Shown here: positions 1 to 9,908 of the stretch, piece by piece | Layout: each line of letters opens with the position of its first letter | Numbering within the stretch: position 1 is the stretch's first letter | Source: Octopus sinensis | Taxonomy: Eukaryota | DNA: 23,414 bases | Direction: 5' to 3' | Assembly (NCBI RefSeq): GCF_006345805.1 | Contig: NW_021836596.1 | Span: 1 to 23,414 of the forward strand | Notes under the pieces: model-generated | Database searches by the model: none | The model's input: the letters and a program-made list of their open reading frames with translations, nothing else | Told to the model about the DNA's origin: nothing | Translations under genes and position numbers: made by a program

Positions 1-469
1 AGTCTTTTGGTTTCCTGTAGCTTTGCTTTCTTTTACGAACACAGTGAACATATATTTCATATTTCAAAGAAATTCAAGCAATAGATATAAGACCCAAGTA
101 AAAAAGATCCTCAACAATTCAACTTCTCTGGTTGACATTAAGATGCCCACCCCCAATATTTGTTGACATTAAGATGCCCACCTTAACTCTCACATTTTAG
201 AGCTCAATAACCTCCATTTTTCAGGAACAAAATCCTTTTAACAGGTGCTATAAGACTGGAATTTTGGAATATGCGCATAAAAATCAGCAGTATGGGATAT
301 ATGTGGCACAATTACAATTTTGTTTGGGTCTGTAAAGAGGGAAATAATCTCATCTGCAATTTTGACGAAATTCGAAACACACGTATTCCAGTTCATTACA
401 GAAAATATAACAGAAAAGTCTAATTCTTCAATTGTATGTAACACGGGCAACGCCGGGTATCTCTGCTAG
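1..469 (+). mobile_element. Helitron-like element, 3' end
   Basis: GC-rich imperfect hairpin CGGGCAACGCCGGG (444-457) followed about 10 nt later by CTAG (466-469) and T, the canonical Helitron 3' terminus. The 5' extent is unknown and may lie outside the window. Confidence 0.55.
131..182. repeat. 21-bp direct repeat x2 (period 31)
   Basis: GTTGACATTAAGATGCCCACC at 131-151 and 162-182. Confidence 0.95.
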
Positions 470-505
<36 letters not shown>

Positions 506-543
506 TACACATATGTGTGTGTGTGTGTGAGTACATATATATA
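470..543. repeat. Compound (TA)n(CA)n(TG)n microsatellite
   Basis: Seen directly. Confidence 0.95.
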
Positions 544-758
544 TTAAACACTTGTCATGGTTAAATAACATCTCTCATAGCACCAGACTTTTTATGTTCG
601 TCTCATGAAGTTATGTCATTGCAAGGAGCTTCTGAATGTCAGCTGTATGGACACTCTGCATTACACTTCTCTGATTCGGATTGCTATGTGGCTTGATAGC
701 AGTGTCCGTGTAAGGAGCTTTTTGCGATTGCCACACAATTCACTGAATCCACATCTGG

Positions 759-844
759 TACTCTTTTACTTGTTTCAGTCATTTGACTGCGGCCATGCTG
801 GAGCACCGCCTTTAGTCAAGCAAATCGACCCCAGGACTTATTCT
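759..844 (-). mobile_element. SINE family A, 3' tail fragment
   Basis: TACTCTTTTACTTGTTTCAGTCATTTGACTGCGGCCATGCTGGAGCACCGCC matches the 3' ends of the copies at 3798-4188, 8805-9334 and 15450-15870. Confidence 0.9.
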
Positions 845-861
845 ACAACTATATATATATA

Positions 862-1140
862 TACGAGGGGAAGGCAAACATTATCCGCATTTTCGCAAAA
901 ACATATCTTTACTATTGTCACACAGCCTTCTGCGCATGCGTGCTTATAGTTGGTACTATTGTGGTCATATGATCAAAGTTTGAGCCTGATCGCGCCATTT
1001 TTTCTTTCTGGCTTTACAGTGCAAGCATGGCCGATTCACTAGCATCGTTCTTCAAAGAAGAACAAAGAACAGTGATCCGATTTCTCTGGTCGGAAGGTGT
1101 GTCAGCTACTGAAATTCATCAGGCACTTTTAGCACAATTG
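862..1140 (+). mobile_element. mariner 5' end (TA + TIR start, transposase N-terminus)
   Basis: TA-CGAGGG terminus at the end of a (TA)n run. ATG at 1027 reads MADSLASFFKEEQRTVIRFLWSEGVSATEIHQALLAQ, a typical mariner N-terminal HTH start. Confidence 0.8.
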
Positions 1141-1535
1141 GTTAATGGTTTCAACGGTCTAGGCGGTGTGTGAGCGTGCATTGTCATGCAACAGCAAAAC
1201 TTTCTCTTACAACAGGCTTCGGCGTTTGTTGACCAGCAAAGCATTGTATCTTACACTGTTGATCGTACACCCCTTTTCCTGGTACTCTTCCAGTAAAGGG
1301 CCCTTTGGTCCCAAAACAGGGTTAGCATCACCTCTCCCGTGGAAGATTGAATCTTGAATTTCTTCGTCGCGGGCGAGCCAGGATGTTTCCCCTTCATACT
1401 CTGTCTTTTGGATTTTATCTCATAATGATGGAACCACCTTTCATCTCCTGTGACTATTCTGCTCAAAATCCCTCGCCCTTATTGTTGTAGCGATCGAGTA
1501 AATGTTAGCAGACCTCAAGACGTTTGCGTTTGTGC
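1135..1535 (-). pseudogene. mariner DD34D transposase catalytic-domain fragment (degenerate)
   Basis: Minus strand reads HKRKRLEVC*HLLDRYNNKGEGF/SRIVTGDERWFHHYEIKSKRQSM..HPGSP..KKFK...VMLTLFWD and VLLLHDNARSHTA*TVETINQL, with stops and frameshifts. Confidence 0.9.
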
Positions 1536-2547
1536 CAGTATATGTTTTTAAAGTTGAGTAGTTTGTAGAAAGTGGTGGTAAACAGCTGACAGAACGAGTG
1601 GTAAGAATAGAGACTGAAGCGCCCGTGTCAATTTCCATGCGTACTGACTGACCTTTGATTATCACATCGACAACATACGGAGCTGGTAGGACTATAGTGT
1701 TAACAGTAGTGTTTGAAACTGAATTTAAAGCGAAATCTTGGTCTTGGTTTTCCAGCTTCGTTTTTATCGTTCGCACCGAATGTTTTTGTGAAGATGAAAC
1801 TCTGTGTTCATTGTAAGACAAACTCTGTAAAATGACAAACGGTTTGCTGACATCGGCACTCAGACGGAGAATAATGTTTAAATGCACAACGCTAACAAGT
1901 AAACTGTTTTCCTGTAAGACTAGATGCCGAGTTTTTGTAGACGTAATAGATTGCATAGCATCTGTCTCTGTATACGAAATTTAGTTAGCTGATGTGAAAT
2001 GTTTTCGCTTTGACGAACTACGGTACAGCCTCTTTCCCAAGTAAGCTTTAATTCTTCTTCCAAAAGCAATTTAGAACGGGCAGTCTCATCACGAATACCG
2101 GAAATCAAACATTGCAAAGCCATTTCGTTTCCAAACATTTTTTGGAGGAATCGGATTGTATTCACACTCGGGTAAAGCTTGTTGTATTCTGGCAATGAAA
2201 CCATTGTAATCTTCTTCGGGTTTCTGATTTAATTTTGTAAAACAGTAACGTGCTGTGTACACATTTTTATCAGATCCTCAAAGTTCATTCAGTAAACCAA
2301 ACACTTTAGTTAATGTGGCAGATTCCGTAATTCTCAAGGCGTCGAAGTGTCTTTGTCCTTCTTCTCCGAGAAATTGGCGCAATAACTTTATTTTGTGACA
2401 TTCTGATAAATTAATGGCTGGTTGTAGTATCGAAAGTAGTTCTAAATAATCCCCAAACGGACGTTTCCAGCGATTCCATATAGCGGGGGATGGTTTGTCT
2501 GAAGTAGAATTCCACAGTTGTGTGGGTAAATGCAGCATAGCACTCAT
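1536..2547 (-). mobile_element. Gypsy/Ty3 LTR retrotransposon gag-protease remnant (Mag-like), frameshifted and 3'-truncated
   Basis: gag-like WNRWKRPFGDYL...LLRQFLGEEG and LISGIRDETARSKLL..LTWE; retropepsin motif VRMEIDTGASVSIL followed by LKTYTG. Split over three ORFs. Confidence 0.85.
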
Positions 2548-2554
2548 GTCTATT

Positions 2555-2564
2555 CTCGTCGCCA
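2555..2564 (-). promoter_or_regulatory. Primer-binding site TGGCGACGAG (tRNA-Ser GCU type)
   Basis: Minus-strand TGGCGACGAG just upstream of the gag ATG (2547). Complementary to the ...CUCGUCG-CCA 3' end of metazoan tRNA-Ser(GCU). Confidence 0.75.
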
Positions 2565-2569
2565 GTTAA

Positions 2570-3010
2570 TGAGTACCAGTCCTATTCCAGTAATATGGAA
2601 TTCAAACTATAGCCTAATGAATACAGAACATCGAACGCACGCTGTAGATAAGACTGGCTTTAAGAAACATTTAGGATCCTTTCACTTTGACCGGCAGATT
2701 TAAAAAATAATTTTTTGTAACTAAACACTTTTAAACTTCGTATACTGGTAGAATGTGTCACATAAAACATCTTTTTCTCTTGGCGTTCTTGAGAAAATTC
2801 TGTAGTTTGCAAGATATTTGTTGTTAAATTTCTCGTATTTCGGCAATTTCAACCAATCAATGACGTCTATTGAGGTGAATACAATTACTGCTGTTGTTTG
2901 TCAACAAGAAGTTCCGACGGTGTATATTTCGTTTAAGAAACAAATTGAAATGCAATAGAATAGATCGATACTCGGTCGCCGACACCGGATGCCACAACTT
3001 ATATGAAACA
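2570..3010 (-). mobile_element. Probable short 5' LTR of the Gypsy element, interrupted by an insertion
   Basis: Minus strand begins TGTTTCATAT (3010) and ends ...ACTCA (2570), 5 nt before the PBS. About 168 bp after removing the 2670-2931 insert and one TSD copy. No second LTR is available for confirmation. Confidence 0.4.
2670..2931. mobile_element. Unclassified 262-bp insertion with 11-bp target-site duplication
   Basis: Flanked by TTTAAGAAACA at 2659-2669 and 2932-2942. No coding similarity recognised. Confidence 0.65.
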
Positions 3011-3044
3011 TTAAACATACATTATGTGGGATAGTTCGATCTGT

Positions 3045-3660
3045 GCAAATCGCTTGCTAAAATACCAAGAGGCTGGAATGCATTGGTTTTTCGCCGATGA
3101 GAAAAAAATCTTCGATCAGAACCAAAAGATGAACCAAAGGAACGACAGATGGTTGTGTAGACCCGAATGAGGTTCCAACGGTCATGCATACTAAGCTCCC
3201 AGCAGCTGTGATGGTTCTGGAAGTCGTCGGCAACTAGGGAGATGTCATGACTATTTTTTTTTCACAGGGCTTAAGACGGCCGATGTCTACACAGGTGTTG
3301 AAAAACGTTGTGGTGGCCCTTGCCAAACAGTGTACACAACGGAAGGTACACGTCTTCCATCAATACTCTGTGTTGTCTCACAAGGCTAGGAGAATCCAAG
3401 CGTTGATGTGAGCTAATCTTCACGATCATAGTCTCGCAGACATACGGCCTCCTACGTCACCAGTCCTCAATCCACTGGAGCGTTACCTAAGAGGCGTAGT
3501 CAAGAGACAGATGTCAGTCAACACTCCCATAACACCACACAATTTCAAGTCCCCCCCCCCACAACCAGTACTATATTTAAAATCAATAAAGATCATCTGA
3601 TTCAGGCATGTGAACACTTTTGACACCGTATTCAAGTAGGCATTGATGACTAACGATCGA
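3045..3660 (+). pseudogene. Tc1/mariner-superfamily DD37D (maT-like) transposase remnant
   Basis: WFFADEK..DQ...NQRNDRWLC, EVPTVMHTKLPAAVMVL.VV.N*GDVM, then HQY(D)S...RPPTSPVLNPLE with exactly 37 residues between the second and third catalytic positions (both mutated). Confidence 0.8.
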
Positions 3661-3797
3661 CTCGTCGAGTAGATATGATAAAGGGATTCTAAAGATTATT
3701 TCTACCAATTTGTTTTTTAAAATATTTTTTTTTTTATGTTATACGTATTTTTCTAAATTCATACGAATGACCTCAAAAAAAAAAAAAAAACTGAAAA

Positions 3798-4188
3798 AGT
3801 GCAGGAGTGACTGTGTGGTAAGTTTACCAACCACATGGTTCCGGGTTCAGTCCCACTGCGTGGCACCTTGGGCAAGTGTCTTCTACTATAGCCTCGGGCC
3901 GACCAAAGCCTTGTGAGTGGATTTGGTAGACGGAAACTGAAAGAAGCCCGCCGTATATATGTATATATATGTATGCGTGTGTGTGTTTGTGTGTCTGTGT
4001 TTGTCCCCCTAGCATTGCTTGACAACCGATGCTGGTGTGTTTATGTCCCCGTTACTTAGCGGTTCGGCAAAAGAGACCGATAGAATAAGTACTGGGCTTA
4101 CAAAAGAATAAGTCCCGGGGTCGAGTTGCTCTATTAAAGGCGGTGCTCCGGCATGGCCGCAGTCAAATGACTGAAACAAGTAAAGAGT
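3798..4188 (+). mobile_element. SINE family A, near full-length (tRNA-like head, CORE-like segment, internal microsatellite, AAAGAGTA tail)
   Basis: A-box-like TGACTGTGTGG, B-box-like GGTTCAGTCCC, CORE-like ACCTTGGGCAAGT. Several near-identical copies occur in the window. Confidence 0.9.
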
Positions 4189-4424
4189 ATACACCCTGTA
4201 TATATCTGTGAGTGCGAGCGCGCGCGTAGCTTTGCTGCAATAAACCGGAGAAATACAATTAAATAAGTGAGTATATACATATTTTGTCATTTGTTAACGA
4301 CAGAAGTTACAACTTTGACTCACGGGTCGAGGGTTTCGTCCGTGGCACTTATCAAACTGACTTCAGATTTGAAGCTAGTTTAATGAGTGTCATGTTTGAT
4401 ATGTTAGTCATTTATAGCCACAAA

Positions 4425-4542
4425 CATAGCTGTGTGGTAAGTAGTTTGTTTCCCATCCACGTGGTTCTGGGTTCAGTCCCACTGTGTGGCTCTTTGGGCA
4501 AGTGTCTTCAACTATAGTTCCAGGCAGACCAAAGCCTTGTGA
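4425..4542 (+). mobile_element. SINE family A, 5' head only
   Basis: GCTGTGTGGTAAGTAG...GGGTTCAGTCCCACTG...CCAAAGCCTTGTGA, then an abrupt switch to LINE sequence. Confidence 0.85.
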
Positions 4543-5033
4543 CGAAACTGTTAATTGGGAGAGGAAAAGATTGCACTGTGGTTGTTCGAAGTTTGAAAGA
4601 GAGAAAATCAAGCAGGAGAAGATCAAGAGAAAGCCGAGAAAGAAAGAACCGATACAAAATGAAGGAGTGTTGTTTTTTGTGTGCGTGATTTGTAGGAGGA
4701 AATGCTTGAGTCATGCAGGTCTGGTTGGCCATCAGAGAAGCCATAGGAATCAACCCCACGTAAATTGTGATGCGGCTATTGTTCACAGCAGAATATGTAC
4801 AACTGGTGGAAAGATGTGCCATTCAGTTGGAGGACTAAAAAGACATGTCAAAAGACTTCATATCGTGGCACCGGTTCCTTCCACCAGCCAACACAACTGT
4901 GCCCTATGCAATATAATGGGCAAATCTTTGGCGGAGCTCAAAAGTCATATAAAGGCCTCACATTGCATTATCAATAATTCATTTCAATGATTCTTTGTAC
5001 CAATGACTTTGCTGGTATACGAGAAAGCAGTCA

Positions 5034-5036
<3 letters not shown>
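4543..5036 (+). mobile_element. 5'-truncated RTE-type LINE 3' end encoding three C2H2-like zinc fingers
   Basis: W..xxxxG...FE..KI.....KR..RK followed by CVIC..CLSHAGLVGHQRSH, CTTG..CHSVGGLKRHVKRLH and CALC...KSLAELKSHIKASH; stop at 4990, short stem-loop 3' UTR, then (TA)n. This matches my recollection of RTE ORF C-termini. Confidence 0.7.
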
Positions 5037-5106
<70 letters not shown>

Positions 5107-5108
5107 TA
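5036..5108. repeat. (TA)n microsatellite
   Basis: Seen directly. Confidence 0.95.
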
Positions 5109-5215
5109 ACTTAAATGTTGAAGTGAATCGAACGGCTTTTGTGTGTTCCACGCTGCAATTGTTTTCGTTTCAGCACACGATCTCAGGTCAAATTACTTGC
5201 TATGCGAGTACATCT

Positions 5216-5246
<31 letters not shown>

Positions 5247-5689
5247 ATCAAAATAAGCAACAAGTATATCCAAGGTAGAGTAGTTCAATTGTTTCATGCT
5301 ACTTCATTTTAATAAACACTGTTAGTATTAACACCCCATTTGATTTATATGGATAATACCATACAAAATTCTGGTGCCTTTAACTTAAGTACTATATTCA
5401 TCTGAATCTAAATTTTGCTGAACTTATACATACATATATATATATATATATAGGCAGTATCCTAGGTTGGTCGTAGTTCAGTGAATGAAAAAAGTAAAAT
5501 GGTCTTCAATTATGCAGACAATAACACACTAGTTTACTAATGAATTTTGAAGACCAAAACTTTAGAACTAATATAAGGGAAATAACTCTTATATACTTGA
5601 ATATGTATACCTTATTGGAATTATTCCCCTTTGATCATGGCTGGTGCATTGATTATGAACTGAATTTTATTGTTGCTGATATTGGTTCA

Positions 5690-6007
5690 TAATAATAATA
5701 ATAAACCACTAGCAATCCGTTGGTTATGACTAGTGCTCCAGTTGATCCAATCAATGGAACAGCCTGCTTGTGAAATTAATATGCAAGGAGCTGAGGACTC
5801 CACAGACACGAGTACCGATAACGTTGTTCTCTTGGAGATTCAGTGAGACACAGAATGTGACAAGATTGGTCCATAGAATTACAGGTACAATTCATTTTTG
5901 TGGACTGCAGCAATGTGGAATAAAGTGTCTTGCTCAAGCACATAACGCGCTGCCAGGAACCGAACTCACGATCGTCAACGAACACCCTAACCACTAAGCC
6001 ACGTACC
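5690..6007 (-). mobile_element. tRNA-derived SINE family C
   Basis: Minus strand: A-box TGGCTTAGTGG, B-box-like GAGTTCGGTTCC, CTTGAGCAAGACACTT conserved-domain-like motif, (ATT)n tail at 5690-5703. Confidence 0.7.
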
Positions 6008-6038
6008 TTGACTATTTGTACTCAGCACTGAGAAGACA

Positions 6039-6076
6039 TGATCAATGGTCTTCCAGCCGTGACCAACCCGTCTTTA
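6039..6076 (-). repeat. Fragment of interspersed repeat family E
   Basis: Reverse complement AAAGACGGGTTGGTCACGGCTGGAAGACCATTGATCA resembles 17202-17241. Confidence 0.55.
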
Positions 6077-6106
6077 TATTCTGACGTTGAATACGAGTAG
6101 TTTCTC

Positions 6107-6285
6107 AAATGCACAGATGTGGATGTATGGTAAGTAGCTTGCTTCCCAACCACGTGGCATCGGGTTCAGTTCCACTGCGTGGCACCTTGCGTAAGCGTCT
6201 TCAACTATGGTTCCAGGCTGACCAAAGACTTGTGATTAGATTTAGTAGACAGAAACTGAAAGAAGCCCACCGCGCGCGTGTGTTG
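6107..6285 (+). mobile_element. SINE family A, 5' half of an old split copy
   Basis: Diverged match to the SINE A head through GAAACTGAAAGAAGCCC. The 3' half resumes at about 7505. Confidence 0.85.
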
Positions 6286-6301
6286 ATAGATAGATAGATA
6301 A

Positions 6302-6392
<91 letters not shown>

Positions 6393-6421
6393 TATAGATA
6401 GATGGATGGATAGTTAGATAA

Positions 6422-6506
<85 letters not shown>

Positions 6507-6544
6507 GAATAGCTAGCTAGCTAGATAGATAGATAGATAGATAA
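6286..6544. repeat. (GATA)n microsatellite
   Basis: Seen directly. The array resumes at 7445-7484 beyond the LINE. Confidence 0.95.
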
Positions 6545-7443
6545 ATTTCTTTATTAGCCACACAGGGCTGCACACAGTTGGGACAAATTACAAGGCAGAG
6601 TTTTTCTTTTGGGGGATGAAAAAAAAAGTGGCGTAGGTTTTCGATCAAAAGAGATCGTAAAAGGGAAAAAAGAAAAGAAAAAAGGGAAAAAAAGGAAAAG
6701 AAACAAAAGAAAAGAAAAGAAAAAAGAAGAAAAAAAGGAAAAAAGGAGAAGAGGGAAAAAACGATCAATAGGGATCGTATATCACAGTGTCATGATGTAC
6801 GGTGTAAAGGGGGAAGCAGATAAGGTTTATCCGTGGGAAGAAAACCCTACGAAAAAGACCACGGTAACCTCGGTCAATATTGTTAAATGTTACCACATTT
6901 GTTTGCAAGTGGGTAACCCTCTGTTTTCAATTTCTGGGTTCATAGGATTATGCTCAAGGTGGCTTCGTCATTCATACGTACCATCCTTGCTACATTCACC
7001 CATCTTTTTTTAAAACAGTCGCTAGACAAAACTTGCTTCTCTACTCTCACTTTCCTTTTCAAGTGGTACTTGAAGAAGTTAGTGAGAGATTGACCAGAGA
7101 GGAAAGTGTTTGTCTCCAATCCTTTCAGACGCGTCCACCAGATACATTCTTTCGCCATAGCCACAAGGATGATGAAAATAGCTCTTCCTTCCCGTTTGCA
7201 GGAAGGAGGCGGGACAATATTGACGATAGACTCAGCTGATAAACCGACTCGTCCTACACGTGACAGCAGTTGTTCGACATAAGCCCACAGGTCGGAAATT
7301 GTTGGACACTGCACGAGTGCGTGCAGAACGGTTTCGTCGCTCTGACCGCATCTCGGGCAGGTCGGCCCCGTGTTTCTCGAGCCGCGTCTGTAGAGCTTAT
7401 CCCGAACGGGTAGCGCTTCTCGGTAGCACTGCCAGGCCAGGGA
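6545..7443 (-). mobile_element. 5'-truncated Tx1/L1-clade LINE (ORF2 C-terminus with CCHC knuckle + 3' UTR)
   Basis: Uninterrupted frame 7443-6940: SLAWQCYREALPVRDKL...CPRCGQSDETVLHALVQCP...LW...AKECIWWTR...F..RW (zf-RVT-like). Pyrimidine-rich 3' UTR; AATAAA at 6555-6550. Confidence 0.85.
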
Positions 7444-7444
7444 T

Positions 7445-7484
<40 letters not shown>

Positions 7485-7504
7485 CACATATATGTATTTA
7501 TTCA

Positions 7505-7878
7505 CGACCACATGTTGACAACCGGTGTTAATTTGTTTACGTCCCCGTAACGTAACGGTTTAGTAAACGAGACAGATAGATTAAGTATTAGGCTTTAAAA
7601 AAAACAGGGAGAGCTTACGAAAAAAACAACAACGAAAGACGAAGACAGGTGGTGGACAAAACAAACAGGTGTATTAGTATAACGCTCAGGAATAGAAAAA
7701 ATTTTATTTACGTTTCGAGCCTACGCTCTTCAACAGAAAGGGACACAGAAAAAAAAACAAGGAGAGAGAAAAAATATAAGTACTGGAGTCAATTCGTTGG
7801 GCTAAAATACTTCAAGGCTGTGCCCCAGTATGGCCGCAGTCTAATGATTGAAACAAATAACAGACAAACGATAAAAGA
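7505..7878 (+). mobile_element. SINE family A, 3' half of the split copy (interrupted at 7606-7775)
   Basis: TTGACAACCGGTG...TTTACGTCCCCGTAAC...GATAGATTAAGTATTAGGCT, and after the insert TAAGTACTGGAGTC...ATGGCCGCAGTCTAATGATTGAAACAA. Confidence 0.8.
7606..7775 (-). mobile_element. Probable Penelope-like element terminal (pLTR) fragment
   Basis: Foreign insert inside an A-run of the SINE. Carries minus-strand TTGAAGAGCGTAGGCTCGAAACGTA, a minimal hammerhead-like motif typical of PLE termini. Confidence 0.5.
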
Positions 7879-8145
7879 TGTATGTTTGTGTCAATCATGC
7901 TTAATAAGTTGTAATGTTTCTCCCTCACTCTTTTTGCCTCTATGTGTATATTTCTGCACGTGCATGAGTGTATTTGTCTCCAACGTCAAAGAATACTATC
8001 GCCAAAACAAGAATGAGGGTCCAGTCAGTCAGGCCAAATCATCAGCGTCCAAACAGCTGCTCCCAGTTGTCTCATTTCAATTAATCCCACCCCCAGCTAC
8101 GTTAATAGGAACTGTGCCTCCATAGAATACATATTTGCAGATAAA

Positions 8146-8345
8146 GGCGGTGAGCTGGCAGAACCGTTAGCACGCCGGGCGAAATGCTTAGTGGTATTTC
8201 GTCTGCCGCTACGTTCTGAGTTCAAATTCCACCGAGTTCGACTTTGCCTTTCATCCTTTCGGGGTCGATTAAATAAGTACCAGTTATGCACTGGGGTCGA
8301 TGTAATCGATTTAATCCGTTTGTCTGTCCTTGTTTGTCCTCTCTG
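8146..8345 (+). mobile_element. SINE family B (Deu/Nin-domain-like), tail type 2
   Basis: Head GGCGGTGAGCTGGCAGAA...GAGTTCAAATTCC; central GCCTTTCATCCTTTCGGGGTCGATTAAATAAGTACCAG resembles the Deu/Nin domain. Four further copies occur in the window. Confidence 0.85.
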
Positions 8346-8361
8346 CGTCCGCCTAGGCGGA

Positions 8362-8494
8362 CGTGTGTGTGTATGCGTGCGTGTGTGTGAGTGTGTATAT
8401 GTGTGTGTGTGTCTGTGTGTGTGTGCGAGCGTGCGTGTGTGTGTGGTGTGTATGGTGCGTGTGCGTGCGGGCGGGTGGACGCGTGTGTGTATAC

Positions 8495-8549
<55 letters not shown>

Positions 8550-8648
8550 CGTGCGTGTATCTGTGGTGTGTATGGTGCGTGTGCGTGCGGGCCGGTGGAC
8601 GCGTATGTGTATCCGTGCGTGTGTGGTGTGTGTGTGTGTGTGTGTGTG
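8362..8648. repeat. (GT)n-rich array with a 120-bp internal tandem duplication
   Basis: GCGAGCGTGCGTGT...GGTGGACGCGT block at 8425 and 8545. Confidence 0.9.
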
Positions 8649-8769
8649 GATTAGAAACGATAAAAGAAAGAGGAGGTGAAAGAGGAAGAACAGGGATGGC
8701 TAAAGTCGGAGTTAAAAGACATCAACAAGGAGCGAACGCCGTGATAGGAAAAATATACAGCAAGAGGAA

Positions 8770-9334
<565 letters not shown>

Positions 9335-9344
9335 ATATATATAT

Positions 9345-9378
<34 letters not shown>

Positions 9379-9819
9379 AAGAAAGAGAGAGTGAGAGAGA
9401 GTGAGAGAGAGAGAGAGAGACAGACAGACTGACAGAAAGGCCGACAGAGAAAAGGAGAGTGTGTGTATGCGTGCGTGCGTGTGTGTCTGTCCGTGTGCGT
9501 AGGAGAGAGGAGGGAAGCGAATGCATACATACAAAAAGCTGATTATCACGTTTAAAACATGGTAAACTGTTGATTGTATGGCATCTTGTTCAGAAGTTTG
9601 TAGGGGGATTTAGATAATTCGGTCGATTAACGCTGATTACTGTAGTTTATTATGGAGGGATATAGTGTTTAAAGAGAGAAAGTACAGTCATTTTGTGGTT
9701 TAGGATTTCATTCAGTGATTAATGCAGTCAGAGGGCGGTGGAGGGAAATAGAGAAATGAGAGAGGGGGAGAGAAAGAGAGAGAGAGTAAAGACAGCGAGA
9801 GATGACTGTGTTAAAGGGA

Positions 9820-9866
9820 GAGAGAGAGAGAGATGAAAAGAAACAAATGAGAAAAATATGGAGAGA

Positions 9867-9908
<42 letters not shown>

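Noticed and set aside
131-182. CRISPR-like repeat-spacer
   Set aside because: Only two repeats, a 10-bp spacer, eukaryotic context and no cas genes.
3710-4290. Recurrent peptides such as [24 protein letters not shown] and FQSFDCGHAGAPP
   Set aside because: They are translations of SINE A copies, not a protein family.
4484-4990. Host C2H2 zinc-finger gene
   Set aside because: The ORF start lies in a SINE, there are no TGEKP linkers, and the LINE-like upstream motif and 3' stem-loop are better explained by a retroelement tail.
5110-5690. AT-rich segments between (TA)n runs, possibly further retroelement termini
   Set aside because: No motif I can verify from the sequence; left unannotated.
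6609-7013. Lys/Glu-rich ORF
   Set aside because: Antisense of the pyrimidine-rich 3' UTR of the Tx1-like LINE.
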